A stretch of 49,036 nucleotides of DNA, taken from positions 1 to 49,036 of the forward strand of contig MQRK01221720.1 in the NCBI GenBank assembly GCA_001938485.1, in the 5' to 3' direction. Below, in pieces: positions 13,201 through 23,986 of the stretch. The translations under genes were made by a program, and so were the position numbers. The notes beneath the pieces were generated by a model, which saw only the letters and a program-made list of their open reading frames with translations, had not been told where the DNA came from and did not search any database. Each line of letters starts with the position of its first letter. Position 1 is the first letter of the stretch. Source of the stretch: Girardia tigrina. Taxonomy: Eukaryota.

Positions 13201-13887
13201 ACTTTTAGGGGGTCGGGTGTGTCGAGTCTGCTAGAACGAGAGGGTACTGAAGCTCACTTCAGATGCGTGAACCGTTCGAGCGGAAATGGAATTTTGGAAC
13301 GCGGCCACAGGACTATTAAACAAATGGTGGCTCGGAGTAACAGACCGGTCGGTGAGATGGTTGCATGGTATAATGCAACACCAAAACCAAGTGGCATCAT
13401 TCCAGCCTCAATCATCTTTGCACACAGACGGAGGCTATTATTGTCTAAGGCATTCAACCTCACTAACATCAGTCGGAGTCCAGAAATAAAAACTAACGGA
13501 TTTCGAATTGGAGATGAATTATTGTGAAACCGTATTCGTGCATGCCACAGTGGAAACGTGCAACCATTACCGGGTTGCACCTGCCGCATCAAGTGGAAGT
13601 CGACAGACCCTCCCACGTAAGTCACGTGCGGTTTGGCCCCACCCGCGGCGAGCAGTGATGATGTCGGACGAACCGAGATTAGGGATACGGGCGATCCGCG
13701 CGCGACTAGTGAAAATAGCGATCGGGACGGGCCACAAGCCATCGAATGCGAGTTAGAAGAGCGAAGAGAGACTCCGGTGGGGCGAGATTCGAAGAATTTA
13801 TCTGTACGGGAATTCAAGCCAGTGTTGGTGATCGGGTCGCCCCCTACTCAAGTGGTGTCTGCTTGTGTACCTTGAGGGCAGGGGGCG

Positions 13888-14009
13888 CGTGAAAAAATAG
13901 CAATCGGATTTAATTACGATTGTTTAATCGAACTGATTACTTGCGGGGAATTTGAGCGGGTAGAATTTTTATTGAAAAATAAAACTTTGCTATCAGCTTC
14001 GACTTATCA
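13888..14009 (+). repeat. 3' LTR
   Basis: Follows the PPT and ends TCA before the TSD CAGTT; first base is mutated T>C. Confidence 0.9.
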
Positions 14010-14691
14010 CAGTTCTAACGGAAGTGACATAAAAATCAATTCTGAAAAATTATTTGAATAGAGCAAGTTGTGACGCTTGAAAAACATCGTTTCTCAGAAA
14101 TATTAAACAAGATTTCCATGTCTCAAAAATATATTAAATTAATTAAAATAACGGATCTCTAATATTTGACTCATATTCTTCGATCATCCATTGAATAAAT
14201 AATCTCAAATATGTTCGTACTGAACGGTGAAACCGATTTTATATTATGATTTTTATTGTTCAAAGTATTCTTCAGTCGGAGTCAGAACAGTGATGCCAGC
14301 GGTCAGGCATCAATGGGTCAGAAGGACGACTAACGAGTTTTTTTATGTCTATTCCAATTATTCAATGATCTCTAATTTGGATTGAATTTCAAGTGAAACG
14401 AAACCATCAATTTTACCGTAGACTCGATTTATTAATATTCTGTGTGATCGATCAACAACGGTTCAAAAATATCATAAAGATCACAGTTTTATTTGTAACA
14501 ACAAATCGAACAGTTTATTTTATTTTGACTATTATTAATTAATTTTATCGATTGAAGAGAAAAGAACACGTTGCAGAACATTCTATATTATTAAAATAAT
14601 AAAAAACCGTATAGTAAAAAAATAAATATACTATATAGTAAATATAAAAAAGGGGAAAGCAAAGTAGGTCCACGAATTTGCCAATAGAAGG

Positions 14692-15420
14692 TGTGAAAAT
14701 ACTGCAACACGAGAAATTGATAAATTGCCAAACTGTATTTTAAATTATACACAAAACTGGAAAATCACTGATTTAAACAACAATTAATTCACACCTTCTC
14801 TTGCATTCAAGGCACACACGCTTGGAGATCCCACCTTTCTCTGTCGACTTCAATCCTGCGCAAACAAAGTCCACGAACCTTTGCTGATGGGACAACTGTT
14901 CGTTGCGGCCTCGGCTTCCTCACCTCGCCGGTCGGTTGCTGGTCGCCACCCGTTCCTTTTCCATTCAGTCAGCTACTGGATCACCTCTTTCTCGTGTTGC
15001 TTGACCGACGCGTAGGCAGCAGCTCCCCCGAGTGACTCAGACAGCCTCGCCGCTATTCCATTTCCATGCAGCTGTCCATGAGCATCGATCCTCGTGCGTG
15101 AGGTTGATTTGCTTTAAACACCGCCACCTGGTGCTCACCCTATCCGCACTTAAAGCACCTGTTTAGTTATCGCGACTCTAGGTTCTCGGTTCGATCAGTT
15201 GCTTTTTGAGAGGGGCGCTTCCCTGTCGAACATTCACACGCGAAATGCCCATTTCCGCCATAGGAGTATCATCTCAGTCGTCCTGTATCCGGTAATAAAG
15301 GAAGTTGAGGCCGATTTATGGGTCGTGCGGTGGTCGACAGGTGGATTACAATGATAGATGACAGTAAAGTGCGAGCCTCAGAGAGTAAGTTTGAGGTGGT
15401 AATCGGTGACGTTTTATGCG
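14692..15420 (-). mobile_element. LTR retrotransposon deletion remnant (gag zinc knuckles, PPT and 102-bp LTR)
   Basis: Minus strand reads R*YSYGGNGHFACEC and CFKCG*GEHQ. A 3' end GTGTGCCTTGAATGCAAGAGAAGG resembles that of the 10102 element and is followed by TGTGAA...TTCACA (14692-14793). Confidence 0.55.
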
Positions 15421-15428
15421 TTACGTAG

Positions 15429-18343
15429 TGTTTAGTTTAAATTTAAGTTTCACAAAAATAATTTATTATTTTTTTAATTTGAAAATTTAAAAGTTATGAA
15501 ATAAGTTTAAATAAATTTTAAAATTAATAATTAACGGATTAATATGTGAAGAAATAATTTTTTTAATAAAAGGGTTTATTGTAAATTTAAATTAATTAGT
15601 TTTTATGATAAAGTTTCGTAAAAATGTTTGAACTAATTTAAAGTTTAAATTTCGTAAATTTTCAAAATTTAATCGAAAAATTTAATGAATTAATTTTGGG
15701 CGAAATAATTGAATTATTAAGAAATTTGTTTAAATATGTGAATTGTTGATATTAATAAATTTTGTAGTGTTAAATTATGACTTCGGAATTTGATAATACT
15801 GAAAGTGGCATAAACGCTACTTACATGGTGAACAACGCTGCTTTGGACAACTTCACAAACCAATTACTACCTGAAAAGTTCAAGAAAGGTGACAATGTGT
15901 AGACGTTCATAGAAGAATGTGAAACATTCTTTGAATTCGCGGGAGTGGCAAAAGCGAAACAAGACGTCATTGTCTTTTGTCTGTTGGACAGAGACATAAA
16001 GGAAAAATATAAGACCGTTGACAAGTCGATAAGTGGTTATAAAAATCGACTTTGAAAAACATTTGGTAGGACATCTTCAATATTTGAGGATTGGTCGGTA
16101 GATTGCCGGTATAGCATGAAGGATGATATACCTGAAGTTTTTTTCGAAAAAATAGAAAAGATGACAGAAAGAATTATGCAACATAACATGTAAAAAGAAA
16201 GCATAATGGAAAAAATATTAATGAACTGTTGTGATGACATAGATATCATGAAAGAAGTTCGGATGAATAATCTAAAATGAGTAGAACAAATAAAAGAAAA
16301 GATCAAAATGATACACGAGATTAAGAGTATAGAGGATCAGATAAACGTAGTGAGAGAGAACGGAACGGAGAACAGACCCAGGAGCTACAAGGATGCTGTG
16401 ACTCAAAATAATAATACATTTGAACAAAAGCATACAAGAGTCGGGGGCACAGAAAAGAACAGATATACTAATGGTCAAAACTGGGAGAGAAACCAATACT
16501 CGAGCGTAACAAATAGACAACGTGAGACTAGGAAATGCTTCGGATGGGGAATGGAGGGACATATTAGAAAAAACTGTACAGGGAGACAAATCAAATGTAA
16601 TGGTTGTGGACAGCAGGGACATGTAAGAAGAAACTGTCCGAATATCGAATGTAAACGGTGCCATAATAGAGGACATCGGGAGGACGAATGTTACACACAC
16701 TTAAACGGCAGAAGAAACCAACAAAGATCAACGAATAACAATTATCAAGGAGGGGGTTACAATCAACGACAATATAGAGATAGAGAAGACAGGAGAAGAG
16801 GAGACAATAGAGGATTAGTAGCGAACATTGAAGAAGAATATGAAGAATCGGTAATGGAGGAAGATCACCCAAAATACAGAGCCTCGACAGAAGTGGAGCC
16901 AGTCGGGGCAATAAACTAATAAATATAAAGGACTCCCAAAATATCGGTATTTATAGTAAAAGTAGTATAACAGATATTATAGACGTAATGAGTGACAAAT
17001 CAGAAAATATTTAAGCAGTAGAATGGATCGTAAATGATAAAGTTCGGAAGTTTTTAAAAAAAAGATGTATACGGAGATAATTGTGAAAAATGTTTAGTTG
17101 AACCAGTAGATGACAGACATACTAGCACAGAAACTAGGATTTTAACCATAGAAGAATGGAAAACTGAAAATATCGTATACAACAAAATGCAAGGTCGACC
17201 AAGTGTAAAAGTAAAGATACAACATATCAAGGAGGACTGTTTATCAGATACTGGGGCTAGAGTGAACGTCATGAGCAAGACGATTTTTGACAAACTAAAG
17301 GATGTGTAATTGGAAGCAGCAGATATTAAATTACACTGCGCTAATAACAGTCCACTAGAATGTATTGGTAAGATATCAGTGAATGTAAATATCAAAGACA
17401 AACAGAGAAATATAACGTTTATAATTGTAACTGACATTAAACCAGACATAATAGGAGGGATAAATCTTCTTAAAATCATTAAATTAAATCTTCTCCAAAT
17501 CATTAGAAAAGCATTACGAGATTTTAGACAGAGTATTGGATAGAATTGAAAAGGCAGATCTCAGAATTAATCCAGAAAAATGTCATATTTTAAAGACAGA
17601 AGTCAAATTCCTGGGTCATGTAATCAACGAAAAAGGGATTCAAACAGATCTGTCCAAATTGGAAGCTATTAAATCCTTTGAAAAACCGAAATGTATAAAG
17701 AATTTAAGAAGTTTCCTAGGGATCTGTAACTATTATAGAAGATTCATCAAAGATTTATGCAACGAACGCAAAGACATTGTGTGGATTGGACAAGAATAAA
17801 TTATTATGGACAGAGGCGTGTGATATAGCATTTGCTGAGATGAAGGAAGCCTTGACTATTCCCCCAATTCTTGGATTCCCAGATGGGGAGAAGGAATTTA
17901 TTCCACATGCGGACGCTAGTTTCGACACCATCGGAGTGGTTTTGTCACAGAAATGGTCACGAGAGAGTCATTGCATATGGGTCACACTCAATGAGTAATC
18001 ATGAAAAAGGTTAATGCATACCAAGAAAGGAGTTATTGGCAATCTATTACTTTTGTCAACATTTTAACCATTATTTGTACGGAAAAAGATTTATTCTGCG
18101 GACAGATCACAAGGCAATTACATTCATGCTGAAGACAAAGAAACCGATTACAGCGCAATTTCAGACGTGGATAAACTATGTATCAAGTCTGGATATACAA
18201 CTAGAATACCGAAAATGAGTGAACCATTCTAACGCAGATATGTTATCACGGAACAAGTGTGATACATGCACACAATGTTTAATAGCACACGAAGAGGCAA
18301 AGACGCAGGAGATCAAGACGCGAAGGATAAACGTAGTAGGCAT

Positions 18344-18382
<39 letters not shown>

Positions 18383-19789
18383 AGAAGGAGTCATGGACAA
18401 AATAAAGATGAACATAAAGACAGGTAAAAACAGAAACCTTGTGATTATAGATGGTATAATAAAGACAAACAAATGAAAAATTTGGATACTGAAATCAAAC
18501 AGAGAAGAAATGATTATGCAGATACACACGTTGCTTTCTCACGCTGGTGCGGAAAAAGTGAGAAAATATATTGCAGAAAAGTATGAAATGACCAATTAAA
18601 ATGAAATAATAAATGAGGTCATGGGACGATGTGAAGCATGTCAAAAAAGCAAAACAATAACGACGTCCACAAAAGAAAAACGAATAACATTGCTCGCAAA
18701 CGAACCATTTGAGAAATTATATATCGATATTTGTGGACCACTAAAAGAGACATGGAGAAAGAAAAATTACATTGTCACAATCATCGATCAGTTCAGTAGA
18801 TATATTTCATTAACATCGGTTAGTAAACAAGACGCAACCACTATAAAGAATACAATTATGACAAAATAGATTTTACGGTTTGGTGCTCCGAAAGAGATTT
18901 CATACAGATTGTGGTAAAACATTCGAATCGAAGGTAATAAAAGACATGGCTGAAAGCATGAGCATTAAAATGTGTTACTCAAGCCCTTACTATCATAACA
19001 CGAATGGAATAGTAGAAAGACAATTTCGAACGATTAGAGAATATTTAAACGCATCGTTAAATACAAAGAAAGGATCGGACTGGGAGGAACTACTACCAGA
19101 AATAGAATTCACATTAAATGCAACTTTTCAGAAAACAATAGGGAATAACCCAGCGGAAATTATATTCGGTAAAAAAATATACAGAGAAGGATGACATAGT
19201 CAAGATATAAAGTTACAGCAAGAAAAAGAAGGCACAACAACCAAAAGAAATTTTGAAATCGGAGATGAGGTACTAGTCAAGGTGGAAACGAGGATAAAGA
19301 GTGATAGAGAAAACACATGACAGAAGGTATAAATTAATAAATGAAGATGGAAGAAATTTAGATCGAAACGTGGAAAAATTAAGGAAATTCTTAAAGGGGT
19401 TAGTTTAAATTTAAGTTTCGCCAAAATATTTTATTATTTTTTTAATTTCAAAATTTAAAAGTTATGAAATAAGTTTAAATAAATTTTAAAATTAATAATT
19501 AACGAATTAATATTTGAAGAAATAATTTTTTTAATAAAAATGTTTATTTTAAATTTAAATTAATTAGTTTTTATGATAAAGTTTCGTTAAAATGTTTGTA
19601 TTTAAAGTTTAAATTTCGTAAATTTTCAAAATTTCATCGAAAAATTTAATGAATTAATTTTGGGAGAAACAATTGAATTATTAAGAAATTTGTTTAAATA
19701 TGTGAATTGTTGATATTAATAAATTTTGTAGTGTTAATTTATGACTTCGGAATTTGATGATACTGAAAGTGGTATAAATGCTACTTACA
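15429..19789 (+). mobile_element. Ty3/Gypsy LTR retrotransposon, degenerate, with an internal RT deletion
   Basis: AT-rich LTRs of about 395 bp (approx. 15429-15825 and 19400-19789), both ending CTACTTACA, with PBS-like TGGTG at 15826. Gag has three CCHC-type knuckles (ORF 16308-16919). Also protease DTGARVNV, RT C-terminus (KFLGH, FLGICNYYRRFI), RNase H (ADAS, TDHKA) and integrase (DICGP, TDCG..F, NGIVERQFRTI). No TSD found. Confidence 0.9.
18347..18380. repeat. (AT)n microsatellite inside the Gypsy pol
   Basis: AT run that produces the YIYIYI translation. Confidence 0.95.
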
Positions 19790-20880
19790 AATTGTTGATA
19801 AATTGTTTCCAGGATTTAACGCCATCGTTGGTCTCGACTTGATCCAATGGCTGGGGATGTGCCAATTGATAAAGAAGCGGTTTTCGGCCGTGAGAAAATG
19901 GATTGCGTTGCAAATGATGATTATGATTGAGAAAAGGTCGACCAATTAAAAATTACAGAGAAGAATTTCGAGGTATCGTATCGCCGGTGTTGGAGATTGA
20001 AATGGAAATGGTCAATAGGGGAGGAGCTCAAATTTGATTATCAGTGTGGTAGCTACGATGTTAGTTAATCCGCCAAAGACAAGTTTGAGGAGTTAATGGA
20101 ACAGTGGGTTGAGAAAGGATTTTTAATATTGTGTGATGAACAGAGATTCGGGCCTCCTAAGTGCACTATTCCAATTTTTCAAGTCGTTCAGGTAAATAAA
20201 GACAAGATCAGACTCGTTTTCAATTTTCGACATATCAATAAGTACGTGAATGTGTACAGTAGCAACAGTGTAGTTTTCTGTGAGAAGCTCCGAAAGTAGA
20301 GAAAAATGTCTGGTAAGTGCGCAATGTTGGACTTTAGGGACGCGTACATGCAAGTGTTCGTCGAGGATGAGATGTTATCGTATCAAAAGAGGTTATATAA
20401 AAATAAAATGCATGCATTAACTAGAATGGATTTCGGGTTGAATGTGGGTCAAACTGTTATGACAAAAATTAAGGAGAAGGGGCTGTCAAAGAATTCGTAG
20501 ATCAATGAAGCTGCCGACGTTTATATAGAAAATATTTTTGTGGACAAAGTATAGTACAAGTAGAAAGAGTCAAAGATTATTTGATAAAATACGGATTAGT
20601 ATCGAAAGATCTGGAGAAATTTCAACAAGAAACATCCTTGATAGTGCTGGGATTGGAAGTCTTTCGAGACAATTACGGCATGCTTCGGTGGAGACGGGCA
20701 AACAAACTGCAGTTAGATCTGGACGAGGTCATATCTAGGCGAGATCTGTATTCTTTCTGTGGACAAATCATCGGAATCAACCCCGTTTGTGGCTGATTAT
20801 GTGTTGCAACGTCGTTTCTTAAACGTCAATCTACCGGAGATTCGGACAGTCCGATTTGCGAAGAGTTGAAGATTCTAATT
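19790..20880 (+). mobile_element. pol remnant (protease C-terminus and RT) of the same retrotransposon group as 10102-14009
   Basis: IVGLDLIQWLG, WKW, VVQVNKDKIRLVFNFR..N, CEKLRK, LDFRDAYMQV, LTRMDFGLNV, LGL...LRWRR. Confidence 0.82.
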
Positions 20881-21033
20881 GGTTGAAATTAAATCTTAAC
20901 GTTTTTAAAAAAAACACCAATTAAATTAATATACTAATATTTTAAATTACATTAAAAATTAAATATTACATTCGAAAATTATTTTAAATCTTTTTACTTT
21001 AAAATTAAATTATTTTTAATTAGTAAGAAACAA

Positions 21034-21310
21034 TGAAACTATCAATCAGCCATCTGGGTAGAAGAGACGCAATCCAAAACAATATAAAACATGCACAATA
21101 TACAACAACAAACAATTCAAAACAAGGTTTCTGCCAGTAGCTAACGGATCACATCGTAACAATGAGTTATTTTGTGAAGCAATTTTTTCCTGGCTTCTTG
21201 AGCCTCAATTTGGGCCCAGTCGTGGTCATGATCGAGTGGTCTTGGATCCATTTCGATTCTCTGTCTTGCATGTACTTCGGTAGTATTTTGTTTTAACACA
21301 TCCCCCATAT
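21034..21310 (-). mobile_element. Possible LTR fragment with PPT
   Basis: Minus strand GGGGGA then TGTG...TTTCA over a GC-richer block. No partner seen. Confidence 0.3.
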
Positions 21311-21685
21311 GAGATACTATTTTATCAAATATTTACTGTAAAGGAATCCAAAGTTTTGTCAATTTTTTGACAATTTCAAAAGATGTAACTCAAAATTGTT
21401 ATTTGTACGTAAGATACACTAAAATATTCATATATGCACGTGAGATTACATTCGGTTTAATAAAAAAGGTTTACAAATGTTTGGGATTACACAAAGTATC
21501 ATCTTTTATTAAACTGTACAGAAAATATAGACACTTTCATTTTGTTCATATTTTGAAACAATTTAGATGATAAAAGTTGTCGAAAGACCTTTTTTACTAA
21601 TGTTTGTTGTAATGTCGAAAGGAAATTTTATTTATTTATGAACATAACATATCAAATAAAAAGATAAAAATGTATATATTTGCAG

Positions 21686-22256
21686 ATAGGTAAACATTGG
21701 CTTGCCGGCCTTATAAAACATAACAGGGCTCTCTGTGCTTTCTTCTCTCCGACAGTCAATTGTTATCGCCGATTTCGAGTAGCTTTTTGGGCACCCAATA
21801 AATCATCGTGGAATTATGAGGATAGGTTAGTTGCTTACAATGTCAAAATATCAAAAGAAAATCCGACAAGAAACTTCATTGAAAACCGACTTCCTGGTTC
21901 GGCTTGTAATATTTATCTTGCAGTAGCAGCGATGATTGTCGCCGGTATGGACGGTCTAAAGAACAAAATTAAATTGGGTGAACCTGGAAATCTTCCTCAC
22001 AGTGACTTATTGCCAACATCGCTATCTGAAGCTTTAGATGCTCTGAAAGAAGACGAAGTGATGGTGAAAGAACTGGGAGAGAAATTCGTAGATTGGTTTA
22101 TTAAAGTAAGAATTCTATTTATTGCTGCAATAAAAAGTTATAAAATATTTCAAGATCAAACGAGAGACCGATGTTGAAGTCTTGAAGGATGTTAATATTG
22201 ACATTCAAACGGATGAAGGTTTGATGAAGGAGCGCATGAAATATTTCGATTTGTAG
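21686..22256 (+). CDS. Glutamine synthetase type I-family protein, exons 6-7
   Basis: Exon 21686-22105 carries PTVNCYRRF, WAP, EDR, IENRLPGSACNIYLA and LPTSLSEALDAL. A 49-nt intron precedes exon 22155-22256, which ends ERMKYFDL*. AATAAA at 22403. Total CDS is 1332 nt (443 aa). Confidence 0.92.
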
Positions 22257-22416
22257 CTAAAGTTGAACATTGATTATCTTTTGCAATTTAAAGACATTGA
22301 ACTCGGTAGAGGTTCTGCAAACTGTCTTAATGGATTCTTTTTAATATCCTGTTTCATAAATGTTTGTTAAATAGAAAATTCAATTTTATGTGCTGAGAAA
22401 TGAATAAAGATACATT

Positions 22417-22472
22417 CAAGGCCGGATTATCCATTGTGTCAACTGTGCCTTGGCATAGGGCCCCATGGACCC
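22417..22472 (+). mobile_element. Short DNA-transposon terminus (hAT-like) into which the Polinton inserted
   Basis: CAAGGCCGGATTA...GGCATAGGGCCCC resembles common hAT termini. It stops exactly at the Polinton end. Confidence 0.35.
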
Positions 22473-22847
22473 AGTAGTAGTTTAATATTATGCCATATAG
22501 CTCATGACCCCAAGAATTCAAGAAAAAAAAATAAAAAAAAATATTAGAAATAGAGAAATTAGAAAATAGAGAAAAAATAGAGAATTAGAGGATTTGAGCT
22601 CAGGAAAAAAAATATATTAAATTTGACCAAAATGAAAGTTGAAACTTTTTAAAAAAAAATTCAAGAAAAAAAATAATATTTAGAGAAATTAGAAAATAGA
22701 GAAAAAATAGAGAATTAGAGGATTTTAGCTCAGGGAAAAAAATATTAAATTTGACCAAAATCAAAGTTGAAACTTCTTGTGTGAAATTAGGGAAATTTGA
22801 ATTCTTGGGGTAGTGTTTAAAATTTTTAACACAGATGCAAGAGATAA
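22473..22847 (+). repeat. Putative left terminal (TIR) region with a ~130-bp tandem duplication and a 15-bp inverted repeat
   Basis: Copies at about 22515-22647 and 22658-22775. ACCCCAAGAATTCAA (22507-22521) pairs with TTGAATTCTTGGGGT (22797-22811). The right TIR is absent, so the extent is inferred. Confidence 0.65.
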
Positions 22848-22872
22848 CAAAAAGCTATTCCGAAGAATAGCT
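22848..22872 (-). terminator. Hairpin AGCTATTC-TTCG-GAATAGCT plus T tract, terminator-like
   Basis: Perfect 8-bp stem with a cUUCGg loop followed by TTTT on the minus strand, downstream of the leftward gene block. An identical 23-bp core occurs at 34684-34706. Function is inferred. Confidence 0.45.
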
Positions 22873-22982
22873 AATGGTTATTTTTTTTATAGTATCTATG
22901 AGAAATTAAAAATTATAATTATTTATAAGACTAACAAATTAATAAAAAAAACATTAGATTATTTATAGCCATTTAAATTTTT

Positions 22983-23249
22983 TTATTCAGAATCATTTTC
23001 ATTATTCGGGATATATTCAGGATCGGAATTATCATTAGAAGAGGAATAATTATTCGGGATATATTCAGGATCGGAATTACTATTATTATTTTCAGTATTC
23101 GGTAAATATTCATTATCAGAATTAACAGCTTTATAAACTTTTTCAAAGTTCGATTTTACATGATGTTTTTTACTTTCCAAATGTCTCTGTTTATTTTGTA
23201 TTAATCCTTTAAAATTGCAGACATTACAAATAAATTTTTCTTTCTCCAT
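22983..23249 (-). CDS. Polinton small zinc-finger protein with repeated acidic tail
   Basis: CNVC...RHLESKKH C2H2-type motif, then NSDNEYLPN and two NSDPEYIPNN repeats. Confidence 0.6.
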   Translation of the reverse strand: MEKEKFICNVCNFKGLIQNKQRHLESKKHHVKSNFEKVYKAVNSDNEYLPNTENNNSNSDPEYIPNNYSSSNDNSDPEYIPNNENDSE

Positions 23250-23302
23250 TTTTTTTTATTTTTATTTTTATAAAAAAAGAAAATAAAAAAAACCTTCGGT
23301 AA

Positions 23303-23938
23303 TCACAATTTCTCTAATAATATTTTTAATTTTTCCAAATGATCATTTGTAATTAAAGTATTCGTTTTATCTTCTCTTTTTTGACCGTCATTTAATTTTC
23401 CAATATTTATTTTACACTTTTCCAAAATATCTTTACTCATTTTTAACTCGTCATCAGTTATCAAATTATCACTNNNNNNNNNNTTATGAAACATAAATAA
23501 TTCATCATTAGTCTTTTCTAATGTTCGTAAATAATTTCGATATTTTTTCAATTTTTTCAAAGTTATTAAATTAGAGCCATTATCTCCAATATTCGATAAA
23601 ACCCCCAATCCGGCAAAAGCAGCAGTTAATGGAATTGTTAAAGCTCCCAAAGTTGAAATGGAAACAACAATTATCGCTCCAACAGATCCAACGAGAGTTA
23701 ATACCTCATTACAATATTTTACAGTTACAGCAATTCGTTTCCATCTCTTATGTAATTTTTGATAATGGGCAATATGCTCACTTAAATATTCCAAATCTTT
23801 CTTAAAATACTGAATATGTAAAGTATTCAATTCTTTTTTATAACTTTCGGGAGTTTCCTCTTTTTGTTTGTATTTTAACATAAAATCCTCCAACTCTTTT
23901 TCCGGATATAAATTAATATTTTCTTCATCGTCACCCAT
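23303..23938 (-). CDS. Polinton predicted membrane protein (hydrophobic hairpin)
   Basis: 211-aa ORF with the hydrophobic stretch VLTLVGSVGAIIVVSISTLGALTIPLTAAFAGLGVL flanked by charged helices; contains a short N gap. Confidence 0.7.
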   Translation of the reverse strand: MGDDEENINLYPEKELEDFMLKYKQKEETPESYKKELNTLHIQYFKKDLEYLSEHIAHYQKLHKRWKRIAVTVKYCNEVLTLVGSVGAIIVVSISTLGALTIPLTAAFAGLGVLSNIGDNGSNLITLKKLKKYRNYLRTLEKTNDELFMFHXXXXSDNLITDDELKMSKDILEKCKINIGKLNDGQKREDKTNTLITNDHLEKLKILLEKL

Positions 23939-23986
23939 TTTTTACAAAAGTATTTATATATATTTTTTTTTATATTTTCTATATTT

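Larger units (their letters stand above)
10102..14009 (+). mobile_element. Near full-length degenerate LTR retrotransposon (gag-PR-RT-RNaseH-INT order) with 122-bp LTRs
   Basis: LTRs 10102-10223 and 13888-14009 (12 mismatches by my alignment) and a 5-bp TSD CAGTT on both sides. PPT GAGGGCAGGGGG, gag knuckle CFRCNRRGHLQKDC, protease LVDTGCS, RT YYDD, RNase H HINLTEL/TDS, integrase H..HH...CEQC and NGILERGHRTIK. Confidence 0.93.
7812..21685 (+). other. 13,874-nt phase-0 intron of the GS-like gene, filled with transposable elements
   Basis: Donor GAC|GTAAGC at 7812 and acceptor TTTGCAG|ATA at 21685. The join gives ...DLSD|IGKHWLAGLIKH, the expected contiguous GSI sequence. Confidence 0.88.

Noticed and set aside
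10207-13875. Many overlapping antisense ORFs in the LTR element
   Set aside because: Shadow frames of GC-richer gag/pol sequence with no motifs.
14015-14510. Coding-like sequence interrupted by the LTR element (with 9923-10101)
   Set aside because: No recognisable motif or sustained frame on either strand.
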